Part shown: positions 51,151 through 61,399 of the stretch, one piece after another
Numbering within the stretch: position 1 is the first letter of the stretch
Layout: every line of letters begins with the position of its first letter
NCBI GenBank assembly: GCA_030390025.1
Contig: CM059432.1
Span: forward strand, 135,844,001-135,908,000
Reading direction: 5' to 3'
DNA length: 64,000 nucleotides
From: Squalus acanthias
Lineage: Eukaryota
Translations under genes and position numbers: made by a program
Notes under the pieces: model-generated
The model's input: only the letters and a program-made list of their open reading frames with translations
The model's database searches: none
What the model was told of the DNA's origin: nothing

Positions 51151-51732
51151 GGGCCAAAATTCCTGTGATGGGAGATGGCAAAATTGGGCCACATTGCCTG
51201 CGGAGGGTCAAGAATTTGGGGCAGAATTCAGATAGGTTTCTGCCACACTGCAACCCTAATTTCCATTGGAAGGATGAAGGAGCATCCCCCGCGCACCGTA
51301 CCGCACCTTCCCCAAGTCCTTTGTCAGCTTTGGAGGCATGTCTGTAGGTATTCCCAGGCAACGGCGGGTTTTTTGTGCTGCACACCCTCGTTAGGCTGAG
51401 AGTAGGGGTGGCTTCCGTTGCGGGAATAAAGGCAGTGGGTTCCCTGCCTTCATTTTTAAAATTCCGATGTTTCCTCCATTAAGGTGCCTCTTGCTCCCCA
51501 TCAGAGTCGCCTTGTGTCTTTGATTTTTGTGGCATTTCTTCAGCAGGGTGGGCGGCGGTGCCCCTGTTGCACTTCTACAGCTAAGGGCCACCTAGTCCAG
51601 GTTACATAGAGTTTACAAAGTAAACTGAGCCTCTTTCTGGAATTTGGGACAAGATCAACGCTGTTCCCAGTCAGCAGCTGGGAGTCTTGCCCCACTTGCT
51701 GTGGTGGAGCAGAGACCTGAAATTTCGGGTCC
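51151..51732. mobile_element. Old Harbinger-like MITE
   Basis: GGGCCAAAATT ... AATTTCGGGTCC with TCT on both flanks. Confidence 0.5.
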
Positions 51733-52185
51733 TCTGTCTTTTATGATAAGATGAAGAGCCTCTTCGCTGATATTGGCCCAGAAATTAAAGACGGAGCCTT
51801 CCTGCGGGGGTAAGGCTTCCCCGCGATATCTCACTGCGCGCCTGCCTTTTCCTTCCGAGCTCGCACGAACTTGAGTTTCTGGACAGCAGCTGTGCAGTGT
51901 GTGCGTATCCCACAGACGCAGTTAATTCGTGCGAGCTGTGGGATCACGTGATTCAGTTAGAGCCAATGGCAGCACACCATCTTTCATTCATAGTTTTCAC
52001 AATAAGTGCTGTGAAAGCTCTGAATACTATACCCCCCAAAAGAACAGCTAAACCTCAATTAAATTTAAAAAAAACCCATCACATTAATAAAATAAGTATA
52101 GTTAAATAAATTAACCACTTTAAACAAAAAATTAAATTTTTGAAAAAATTTAAAATCTTTTTAAAAGTTATAAAAATAAACTTAC

Positions 52186-55150
52186 ATAGAAACATAGAAA
52201 CATAGAAAATAGGTACAGGAATAGACCATTCGGTCCTTCGAGCCTGCACCGCCATTCAATGCGTTCATGGCTGAACATGCTACCTCAGTACCCCATTCCT
52301 GCTTTCTCGCCATACCCCTTGATCCCCTTAGTTGTGAGTGTTATATCTAACTCCCTTTTGAATATATTTAGCGAACTGGCCTCAACAACCTTCTGTGGAA
52401 GAGAATTCCATAGATTCACCACTCTCTGGGTGAAGAAGTTCCTCCTCAGCTCAGTCCTAAATGGCTTCCCCTTAATCCTTAGACTGTGACCCCTGGTTCT
52501 AGTTTTCCCTACCATTGGGAACATTCTGCCCGCATCTAATTTGTCTAAACCAGTCAGGATTTTAAATGTCTCTATAAGATCCCCCCTCATTCTTCTGAAC
52601 TCCAGAGGATACAAGTTCAGTTGACCCAATCTTTCTTGATATGTCAGTCTGGCCATCCCAGGAATCAATCTAGTGAACCTTCGCTGCACTCCCTCAATAG
52701 CAAGAATGTCCTTCCTTAAGTTAGGAGACCAAAACTGCGCACAATACTCCAGGTGTGGCCTCACCAAGGCCCTGTACAACTGTAGCATCACCTCCCTACT
52801 CCTGTACTCAAATCCCCTTGCTATGAAGGCCATCATTCCGTTTGCTTTCTTGACTGCCTGCTGCACTTGCATTCCCACCTTCAGTGACTGATGTACCATG
52901 ACGCCCAGGTCTCGTTGCACCTCCCCTTTCCCTAATCTGCCACCATTCAGGTAATAGTCCGCCTCTCTATTTTTACCACCAAAGTGGATAACCTCACATT
53001 TATCCACATTGTACTTCATCTGCCATACATTTGCCCATTCACCCAACCTGTCCAAGTCACTCTGTAGCCTCCTAGCATCCTCCTCATTGTTCACACTGCC
53101 TCCCAATTTAGTGTCATCCGCAAATTTGGAGATATTACATTTAATCCCTTCGTCCAAATCATTAATATATAATGTAAACAGCTGGGGTCCCAGCACCGAA
53201 CCCTGCGGTACCCCGCTGGTCACTGCCTGCCATTCTGAAAAGTACCCATTTACTCCTACTCTTTGTTTCCTGTGTGCCAACCAGTTCTCAATCCACGTCA
53301 ACACATTACCCCCAATCCCATGTGCTTTAACTTTGCTCACCAATCTCTTGTGTGGGACCTTGTCGAAGGCCTTCTGAAAGTCCAAATACACCACATCTAC
53401 TGGTTCCCCCCTGTCCACCCTATTGGAAACATCCTCAAAAAATTCCAGAAGATTTGTCAAGCATGATTTCCCTTTCACAAATCCATGCTGACTTGGACCT
53501 ATCATGTCGCCACTTTCCAAATGGTCTGTTATGACATCTTTAATAATTGCTTCCATCATTTTACCCACGACCGATGTCAGGCTGACCGGTCTATAATTCC
53601 CTGCTTTCTCCCTCCCTCCTTTTTTAAAAAGAGGGGTTACATTGGCCACCCTCCACTCCATCAGAACTGATCCAGAGTCTAAGGAATGTTGGAAAATGAT
53701 CGTCAATGCATCCACTATTTCCAAGGCCAGCTCCTTAAGTACTCTGGGATGCAGACCATCAGGCCCCGGGGATTTTTCAGCCTTCAGTCCCATCAATTTC
53801 CCCAATACCTTTTCCTGACTAATAAGGATTTCCCTCAGCTCCTCCCTCTTACCAGATCCTCTGACCCCTTTTATTTCCGGCAGGTTGTGTGTGTCCTCCA
53901 CAGTAAACACCGAACCAAAGTACTTGTTCAATTGATCTGCCATTTCCTTGTTCCCCATTACGACTTCCCCTGTTTCCGACTGCAGGGGACCTACGTTTGT
54001 TTTTACTAACCTCTTTCTTTTTACATATTTATAGAAGCTTTTGCAGTCCATTTTAATGTTCTCTGCAAGCTTCCTTTCATATTTTATTTTCCCTGCCCTA
54101 ATCAAACCCTTCGTCCTCCTCTGCTGAGTTTTGAAGTTCTCCCAGTCCCCGGGTTTGCTGCTACTTCTGGCCAATTTGTATGCAACTTCCTTGGTTTTAA
54201 TACTATCCCTGATTTCCCTTGTTAGCCATGGTTGAGCCACCTTCCCTTTTTTATTTTTATGCCAGACCGGGATGTACAATTGTTGTAGTTCATCCATGCG
54301 ATCTCTAAATGTCTGCCATTGCCCTTCCACTGATAGCCCCTTAAATATCGCTTGCCAATTTAACCTCGCCAATTCACGCCTCATACCCTCAAAGTTGCCC
54401 TTATTTAAGTTCTGGACCATGGTCTCTGACTTTACTGTTTCCTTCTCCATCCTAATGTAGAACTCCACCATACTATGGTCACTCTTCCCCAGGGGGCCTC
54501 GTACCACAAGATTGCTGATTAGTCCCTCCTCATTACACAACACCCAGTCCAGGATGGCCTCCCCTCGAGTTGGTTCCTCAACATATTGGTTTAGGAAACC
54601 ATCCCTTAAACACTCCAGGAAATCCTCCTCCACCGTATTGCTTCCAGTTTGAGTAGCCCAATCTATATGCATATTAAAGTCACCCATAATAACTGCCGTG
54701 CCTTTTTTGCACGCACCTCTGATTTCCTGTTTCATACCCTCCCCCACCTCACTACTGCTGTTTGGAGGTCTGTACACAACTCCCACTAACGTTTTCTGCC
54801 CTTTGGTGTTCTGCAGCTCAACCCATATTGATTCCACATCCTCCAAGCTGATGTCCTTCCTAGCTATTGCATTAATCTCCTCTTTAACCAGCAATGCTAC
54901 CCCACCCCCTTTTCCTTTTATTCTATCCTTTCTGAATGTTGAATACCCCTGGATGTTCAGTTCCCAGCCTTGATTGTTCTGGAGCCACGTCTCTGTAATC
55001 CCAATCACATCGTATCCGTTAACATCTATTTGCACAGTCAATTCATCCACCTTATTACGGATACTCCTTGCATTAAGACACAGAGCCTTTAGGCTTGTTT
55101 TATTAACATCCTTTGTCCTTTTAGACTTATGATTTAGTATGGCCCTTTGT
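52186..55150 (-). mobile_element. CR1 LINE truncated just 5' of the endonuclease domain
   Basis: (ATAGAAAC)n tail on the + strand, 3'UTR, uninterrupted ORF2; no ORF1. Confidence 0.97.
52285..55149 (-). CDS. CR1 ORF2: APE endonuclease and reverse transcriptase, open frame
   Basis: 921-aa ORF (GITETW, VYRPP, MGDFN, SDH, YRPVSL, GVPQGS, FADD); frame stays open upstream through LCLNARSIRNK to the junction. Confidence 0.9.
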   Translation of the reverse strand, partial: QRAILNHKSKRTKDVNKTSLKALCLNARSIRNKVDELTVQIDVNGYDVIGITETWLQNNQGWELNIQGYSTFRKDRIKGKGGGVALLVKEEINAIARKDISLEDVESIWVELQNTKGQKTLVGVVYRPPNSSSEVGEGMKQEIRGACKKGTAVIMGDFNMHIDWATQTGSNTVEEDFLECLRDGFLNQYVEEPTRGEAILDWVLCNEEGLISNLVVRGPLGKSDHSMVEFYIRMEKETVKSETMVQNLNKGNFEGMRRELARLNWQAIFKGLSVEGQWQTFRDRMDELQQLYIPVWHKNKKGKVAQPWLTREIRDSIKTKEVAYKLARSSSKPGDWENFKTQQRRTKGLIRAGKIKYERKLAENIKMDCKSFYKYVKRKRLVKTNVGPLQSETGEVVMGNKEMADQLNKYFGSVFTVEDTHNLPEIKGVRGSGKREELREILISQEKVLGKLMGLKAEKSPGPDGLHPRVLKELALEIVDALTIIFQHSLDSGSVLMEWRVANVTPLFKKGGREKAGNYRPVSLTSVVGKMMEAIIKDVITDHLESGDMIGPSQHGFVKGKSCLTNLLEFFEDVSNRVDRGEPVDVVYLDFQKAFDKVPHKRLVSKVKAHGIGGNVLTWIENWLAHRKQRVGVNGYFSEWQAVTSGVPQGSVLGPQLFTLYINDLDEGIKCNISKFADDTKLGGSVNNEEDARRLQSDLDRLGEWANVWQMKYNVDKCEVIHFGGKNREADYYLNGGRLGKGEVQRDLGVMVHQSLKVGMQVQQAVKKANGMMAFIARGFEYRSREVMLQLYRALVRPHLEYCAQFWSPNLRKDILAIEGVQRRFTRLIPGMARLTYQERLGQLNLYPLEFRRMRGDLIETFKILTGLDKLDAGRMFPMVGKTRTRGHSLRIKGKPFRTELRRNFFTQRVVNLWNSLPQKVVEASSLNIFKRELDITLTTKGIKGYGEKAGMGY

Positions 55151-56273
55151 CCTTTCTTTAAAGTCTCTAAAAAAGATATACCTGTTGAAAAAAATTCAAA
55201 ATAATACTTAATTAATTACTTACCTTGTTAAAAGAGGGTCTTACGCCTCCTTTCTTTATGTGCAAAATCTTCCATGCTTACCTGCGCGTTCAAAGCACTA
55301 AGTGCACTGCGTGCGCGCAGCCTGTAGCGCGCACGCGGTTCACCTAGGAACCGCCCCCTTTTGAAATCACCAAGTGCCGGTTTTTAGCGCATGCGCAGTG
55401 CATGCAGAAAACCAGCAATTGGAGACAGAATACGCGAGAGTACACAGTGCGTACTCTCGCGTACTAAGACTAATTTTTGGGCCATTATGTCGCACTAAAG
55501 TAAGAAAGAAATAACTTGCATTTCTATAGCGCCTTTCACAACCTCAGGTCGTCCCAAAGAGCTTTACAGCCAATGAAGTACTTTTTGAAGTTTAGGCACT
55601 GTTGCAGGAAACGCGACAGCTAATTTGTGCACAGCAACGTCCCCCAATCAGCAATGAGATAAATGACCAGATAGTCTGTTTTAGTGATGTTGGTTGAGAG
55701 ATCAATATTGGCCAGGACACCGGGGAGAACTCCCCTGCTGTTCTTCGAATAGTGACACGGGATCCTTTGGGCTGGATTTTGCCAGCCCCGAGGAGGCGGG
55801 TTTGAAGGTGGGTCAGGTGGGAAAGTTGCAAAAAATGGCGGCGGGTTCCGATCCCGCCTTCAACCTGCCTCTGCGCAACTTTCCCAAATGCGGGCTTGCA
55901 GACTCCGTTTCGGTCCCGCCTCCAAGTGGCGGGATAGGCCCTTAAGGCACTTAACTGCTACTTAACGACCTCTATAATCCCATTTTGAGAGCCCTTTCAA
56001 AGTTTGCCACATTTCCAGCGTGCTGCACGTCTCTCCTGAAACATGCCAGCTAATCCTGTCGGGTTCACAAGTGGTTGGCTTCCTAACAGCTGCAGCTCCA
56101 CCATAAAAACGGAGTTTTCAACAACTTTGTTTTCTCAGGTCTTGGAGAACTTCTTGCAGGTCTACTGATTTTGGAAGTAGTGAAGCTGAGATCCATCTCC
56201 AGTGTGACCTCCTGGGAAACCCCTCTCCCCACCTTGACTGAGCGCTTCCTCAACTGAGATATATACCAGCAGC

Positions 56274-57548
56274 ATGGGAACCATTTATTTCCTTTCCTTC
56301 TGGACCTCAGATTTGGATGAAGACCAGCTGTGGCAGCAGCAGAACCCTGAACAACAGCAGCACCAACAGCAGGAGCAACAACAGGAGCGCCAAGCTGCTG
56401 CTCACCCACCTGAAGCTGCACAGGCCAGAAGGCGCCAGCGCAGGGAAGCACGTCGCCGTAGGAGATACCCCGAAAACAGGGTTTACAGACAGAGGATGAG
56501 CTACCTCAACATGACTGAGCAGCAGTGCCAAAGGAGGCTGAGACTTTCGCGAGAGGTAGTGGGTGACATCTGCGCAATGATGCACCAAGACCTGGAGCCC
56601 AGAGGATCGGGTGGACACCCCTTACCAGTGGCCGTAAAAGTCACCACCGCACTCAACTTTTTTGCTTCAGGCTCGTTCCAGGGAGCAACAGCAGACATCA
56701 GCGGCATCTCCCAGGCGGCCGCACACACTTGCATCACGCAGGTAACCGATGCCCTCTTTGCAAAGGCGCACAATTACATCAACTTCTCCAAGGATCAAGC
56801 AAGTATAACTGCGCGTGCGGTTGGATTTGCAAATATGGCAGGCTTGCCAAGGGTGCAGGGCATCGTAGACTGCACACATGTGGACCTTAAGGCACCCCAT
56901 CACAATCCAGCTCTTTTTGTCAACCACAAGGGCTTCCACTCCCTCAACGTGCAGCTGGTGTGTAACCACAAGAAGGAAATTTTGCATGTTTGCACCAAGT
57001 ACCCTGGCAGTTGCCATGACTCCTTCATCCTGTGGCAATCTAGTGTGCCTCCGCTCTTCAGTCTGCCAGACCAACTTTACGGATGGCTACTTGGAAACAA
57101 GGGCTATCCCCTGAAGACGTGGCTAATGACGCCATTTAGGAGGCCATCCAACGAAGCTGAGGGGCGCTACAACTCCAGCCATATTTTGACCAGATCCATT
57201 ATCGAGCAAACCATCGGCTTGCTGAAGATGCGATTCAGGTGCCTTGATAGATCAGGTGGAGCCCTGCAGTACTCAGCAGCCAGGGTATCCAGAATCGTCG
57301 TGGTCTGCTGCGCACTTCACAACCTCGCACAGCATCGTGGCTTGCAGCTGCCTGAGGGACAAGTGGCTCAGTGCATAGCCTCCTCAGATGAGGATGAGGA
57401 GGAGGAGGAGGAGGAGGAGGATGTGGATGAGGAGGAGGAGAGCGAGAATGAAGACCTTGCAGAGGCGCATCAACCAGCGGCAGCAGCACGTGAGCACATT
57501 GCTGCCCGGGATGCAAGGGATGCACTCATCTTGGCCAGATTTGCTTAG
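56274..57548 (+). CDS. Harbinger transposase (HARBI1-like), probably inactive
   Basis: 424-aa open frame: [18 protein letters not shown] (D199), YPGSCHD, LLGNKGY (N275 at the expected catalytic D), IEQTIG (E311), CCALHN. Confidence 0.92.
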   Translation: MGTIYFLSFWTSDLDEDQLWQQQNPEQQQHQQQEQQQERQAAAHPPEAAQARRRQRREARRRRRYPENRVYRQRMSYLNMTEQQCQRRLRLSREVVGDICAMMHQDLEPRGSGGHPLPVAVKVTTALNFFASGSFQGATADISGISQAAAHTCITQVTDALFAKAHNYINFSKDQASITARAVGFANMAGLPRVQGIVDCTHVDLKAPHHNPALFVNHKGFHSLNVQLVCNHKKEILHVCTKYPGSCHDSFILWQSSVPPLFSLPDQLYGWLLGNKGYPLKTWLMTPFRRPSNEAEGRYNSSHILTRSIIEQTIGLLKMRFRCLDRSGGALQYSAARVSRIVVVCCALHNLAQHRGLQLPEGQVAQCIASSDEDEEEEEEEEDVDEEEESENEDLAEAHQPAAAAREHIAARDARDALILARFA

Positions 57549-57806
57549 GTTGCCCAATCAAACACATTTGGCTCGCACCTTCTTACCACACCATAGACAA
57601 TGGACAAGAACCTGCGGCTTCCTATCACTCTGACCACCATCATGACAAATCCAAGTTGCCCTGAGCCCTCAATGTGGTACCTCCATTAGCTATATGACAC
57701 AGCCCAGAACTTCAACAGTTTGCCTTCACTTCATTTTATTACATTCACTAAAGGATGGCATTTAACAATTAAACACAACAGAACACCCAAGTGACTACCC
57801 TTGTGA

Positions 57807-59764
57807 CTACTTGTGCTTTATCTTCCTCTTACGCGTGCTCCTACGTGGTGCTTCCCCTGTGGCTTCAGCAGATGTGGAGCCCCCTTGCTCACTTTCATGC
57901 TGCTCCTGCCTCGACACCTTTGGCGGGCGTCCTCTGGGGTTACAAACCTGTGAGGGCTCGCCAACAGTCTGCTGCGCCTACGGCTGTGCAGGGGATGAGA
58001 TGCCCATCTCAGTTGGGTGAGGACTCTGGTGGGGCTCTGACCGAGGGCTTTGCAGTGGCATGGTCGTTTGAGCGCTTGGAGAGGAGCCCCCACTTCCTTG
58101 TTGTCTGCCACCAACATCCCTCTCATGGGTCAGCCCCACTTCAGAACTAGCAAGTGGCTTGACAGCACCTTGCTGCACTTCAGGGGGGCCATGAGGACCC
58201 GTTTCTGCAATGGAAGTCCTACTCCAGAGGACTTCCATGGAGCTCTGGTTTCTCTGCTCAATAGCAGTCCATCGCTCCTCCAGAGATGTCAGTCTATTCT
58301 GAACAATCACCATGTCTTCCACTCTCTGGCGACTTATCTCCTCCATGGCCGTAGCCATCCTCTCCTCTACCGTAGCCATCCTATCCATGGAGGTTGCCAT
58401 CCTTTCCGTGGTGATGCGTTCATGCGCCAATGCCTCCACAAAGGCTCTGCTCATGTTAGCGATGGACTCCTCCATCCACTCCACACTCGCAGTGACCCTG
58501 GAGACAAAACCTGCCAGAGACTCCTGCACCTGTTCCTGGAGTTCCAGCACTGCTCTCTTTCTGGATGGCCCCAGAGGCACAGGGTCGACATTCAGCTGAG
58601 CAGAGCTAGGAGCGCCCTGCAGCCTCCGACGAGGACTCTCCACTGCTGTCCCTGTCTCCACCATCTGCTGATGCTCACTTGTGAGCTGTGATACACCAGA
58701 TGACAACACTACTCTATCTCCCGAAGGTCCCATCGAGGTGTGAGTGTCTGCGCTGGTGCTGGGTGCGCTGAATTCTGCTGACGCTGCGCCCTCAGAGGTT
58801 GCAGCTTCCACCGAGGTGTCTTCTGGCTCAGGCTCTTCCTCCTGGCTAGTGGGGAGGGGGGCTGTCAATGGTCCTGTGGGGGAGTAAAGGAAAGAGTTAG
58901 ACATGTGAGATAAACGTTGCATGCACATGGAATTGTGCAGATGATCATAAGTCATTCTGTTTCAGCATCAGAATCAATATCAATCACTCATACAATGTCA
59001 TTGAGAGATGCAAAACTATTCTGTCACCAGCTTGCTCTGATGCGCCCGTCTGTCTGTCCCCCACTTCCAGATCCTCCTCGGCTCCCACGATCTCTAGGGC
59101 CGCCTCCTCAGCGCTGGTGAGCTGGGCTATTGAGGGTGGCCCTCCTCCTGTCTTCGCCCTTTCCCTCTTATTGTGGGCTCTCTTTTCCTGCAATGAGGGA
59201 CACAAGTGGAGTTTGAGTGAGAATGATGGAGTGAGTGTAGAGAATCCATAGCATAGATGCTTAGAAGGACACAAAGATGGAGTGAGGTCCCAAGACCAAG
59301 GGCCCTCCCTGTGTGTTGTAAGTTGTTGTCATAGCATCACAGCGATAGGGAGTGTGAGGGCTGCATAGTCGAATAGTTAAGTGAATGTGTACATAGAGAG
59401 AGAGGGAATGGTTAAGGGTGCAGGGATGTAAGGGTAAAATGGGATGTGGAGGTTGACAATGCAGAGTGCTGGTGATGAGAGGCGATGGGGAGCAGATTGA
59501 GGGTAATGGTGATGTTATACTCACTTTTCCTGTGCGGATAAGGTCATTAAACCTCTTTCGGCACTGCAGCCAGGTTCTGCTGCACATTGATCTCGAACTG
59601 ACCTCCTGTGCCGCTTGCAGCCATACAACTTACGTCTGCTGGGGAGGTTTTTTCCTCCCAGAGGAAGGAAACAACACCACCTTCTGAGCTCTGGCTCCCT
59701 CCACCAGAGCATGGAGGGAGTCCTCATCAAACCGCGGTGCAGCCTTGGACCTTGAACTAGACAT
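57807..59764 (-). pseudogene. Three-exon Myb/SANT-like DNA-binding partner gene
   Basis: Exons 59764-59525, 59187-59028 and 58873-57807 with GT-AG introns and matching phases (0 and 1); APRF...W...RTWLQCRKRFNDL...TGGGP; premature stops at 59630 and 57978. Confidence 0.85.
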
Positions 59765-60199
59765 TTCAAGAGGACAAAACCGTTAGAAGATTAGCAAATA
59801 CAAGTTCTGAGGCAGAAAATGAACCAAGACTGCTTGGAGCCCTTAAATGCAGCTGCATAAATGACGTCATCAGAGGCGAGTTTCAGGGCCGAAAGACTCA
59901 TTGGGCCAGGGGTTCCCACACGCTGGAAATCAATTGCCCAATTAGAGCAAAATAGCTAAATTATCCCACCTGATATCGGAGGCAGGAGCGGGACCCGCCG
60001 ACCACCTGACCCGCCCCCAACACGCCACCAATGGCAAAATCCAGCCCTTTATGTTCATCTGAGAGGGCAGACGGAGCTACGGTTTAACGTATCATCCGAG
60101 AGACGGCGCAGTGCGCCCTCAGTAGTGCACTGAAGTGTCAGCCTAGATATTTGTGTTCAAGTCTCTGGAATGGGACTCGAACCCATGACTTTCTGATTA

Positions 60200-60556
60200 A
60201 GCACCAAAAGGCAATCCCCATGTTTGATCCTCATGGGAGAGTCTGGGTGCAGCCGTGCACCTCTGTGCAATGCTTGCCAGTGTTTGCAGCACCTCAATGC
60301 TGTCGAACACTGACAGCAGAACTGTCAAAATCAATTTGCGCATGGTCCCTTTAAGGAAACTGGCTGATAACGCGTCATCAAGTGACGTCATCAGACCCGC
60401 TTCCTTCAATTGGCCAGCAAACGCGCTGGGCGGGCTTAACAAGCCCAATCATCGTAAAATGCTTTTCACAGGGCGGGACGGAGTCAGCAGCAGGGTCGCA
60501 CCCCGCCACCGACCACGGTCGCCCCGGATCCGCCTCAGTAGGCGAAACCACGGCCA
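60200..60556 (-). mobile_element. Terminal fragment of the 6085-type Harbinger derivative
   Basis: Reverse-strand match to 6085-6410 (MRKLILTVLLSVF..TAAPRLS). Confidence 0.75.
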
Positions 60557-60564
60557 AAGTGTGT

Positions 60565-61099
60565 GCAATGTGGAATAAAAACAGAAAATGCCGGAAACAG
60601 TCAGCAGGTCAGGCAGCATCCATGGAGAGAGCAACTGTTAACCTTTCAGGTCAATGACCTTTGGTCAGCACTGGAAAAAGTTAGAGATGTAACAGGTTTT
60701 AAGCAAATGCAGAGGCAGGAAAAGTGTCGAGGGGACGAAGGAACAAAAGGGGAAGGTCTGTGATAGGGTGGAAGGCAGGAGTGATTGAATGGCAAAAGGG
60801 ATGATGGTGTGAGGCGAAAGGAGATGGTAATGGCACAAGTAAAGAAACAAAAGATGGGACTTGAGGAGCTGTCTGACAAAATGAGGGCCGAGGTTATGAT
60901 CTGAAATTGGTGAACTCAATGTTGAGTCCGGAAGGTTGTAAAGTGTCCAATAGAAAGATGAGGTGCTGTTCCCCGAGCTTACGCTGATCTTCATTAGAAC
61001 AGTGTAGGAGGCCGAGGACAGAGAGGTCAGAGTGGGAGTGGGGTGGAGAATTAAAATGACAGGCGACCGGAAGCTCGGGGTCACGCTTGCGGACTGAAC
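60565..61099 (-). mobile_element. PLE 3' fragment: GIY-YIG C-terminus, 3'UTR and terminal repeat (P1)
   Basis: 61097-60894 translates SVRKRDPELPVACHFNSPPHSHSDLSVLGLLHCSNEDQRKLGEQHLIFLLDTLQPSGLNIEFTNFRS*; degenerate hammerhead core at about 60637-60670. Confidence 0.85.
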
Positions 61100-61399
61100 C
61101 TCCAGGAACTGATATGAATCAGCCATTAGGACAGATGTATCTTCCTGCTTTTCTTTGAATAGTGCCATGAATACTGTCACATTTCTCAGAAATGTCCCAC
61201 AGTGCTTGACAATCAATTACTTTGAAACGCGTTGACTGTTGTTAAGCAATATGATACTCTTCAGAGAAGACAGGAAGCTCTTCCTGTATTCTGGCCAATA
61301 TTCCGTCTTCAATTAACATAATCAAAAACAGATTAACTGGTGATTCACCTCGTTGCTGCTTGTCGGACCTAAATGTGCAAAATTGTTTGTCATGTTTTA

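Larger units (their letters stand above)
51775..55483. mobile_element. MITE family M2 split by a CR1 (51775-52185 and 55151-55483)
   Basis: TIR GGCCCAGAAATT / AATTTTTGGGCC; TSD ATT; the halves rejoin to match 46575-47318 in reverse. Confidence 0.9.
55769..60047. mobile_element. Full-length two-gene PIF/Harbinger DNA transposon
   Basis: 16-bp perfect TIR GGGCTGGATTTTGCCA; 3-bp TSD TTT; transposase and Myb/SANT gene in convergent orientation. Confidence 0.95.
55502..60197 (-). mobile_element. SacSINE1-like SINE split by the Harbinger element (55502-55768 and 60048-60197)
   Basis: GGGATCCTTT|ATGTTCATCTGAGAGGGCAGACGG is collinear with intact copies. Confidence 0.9.

Noticed and set aside
56274..57548. 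Domesticated host gene HARBI1
   Set aside because: It lies inside TIRs and a TSD, is inserted in a SINE, and is paired with a disrupted Myb gene, so it is a transposon copy
58050..58691. 213-aa plus-strand ORF
   Set aside because: Antisense shadow of Myb gene exon 3
60637..60670. Functional hammerhead in the GIY-YIG-linked copy
   Set aside because: The core reads CUGACCA and GAAAGGUU, so a conserved G and the palindrome are lost
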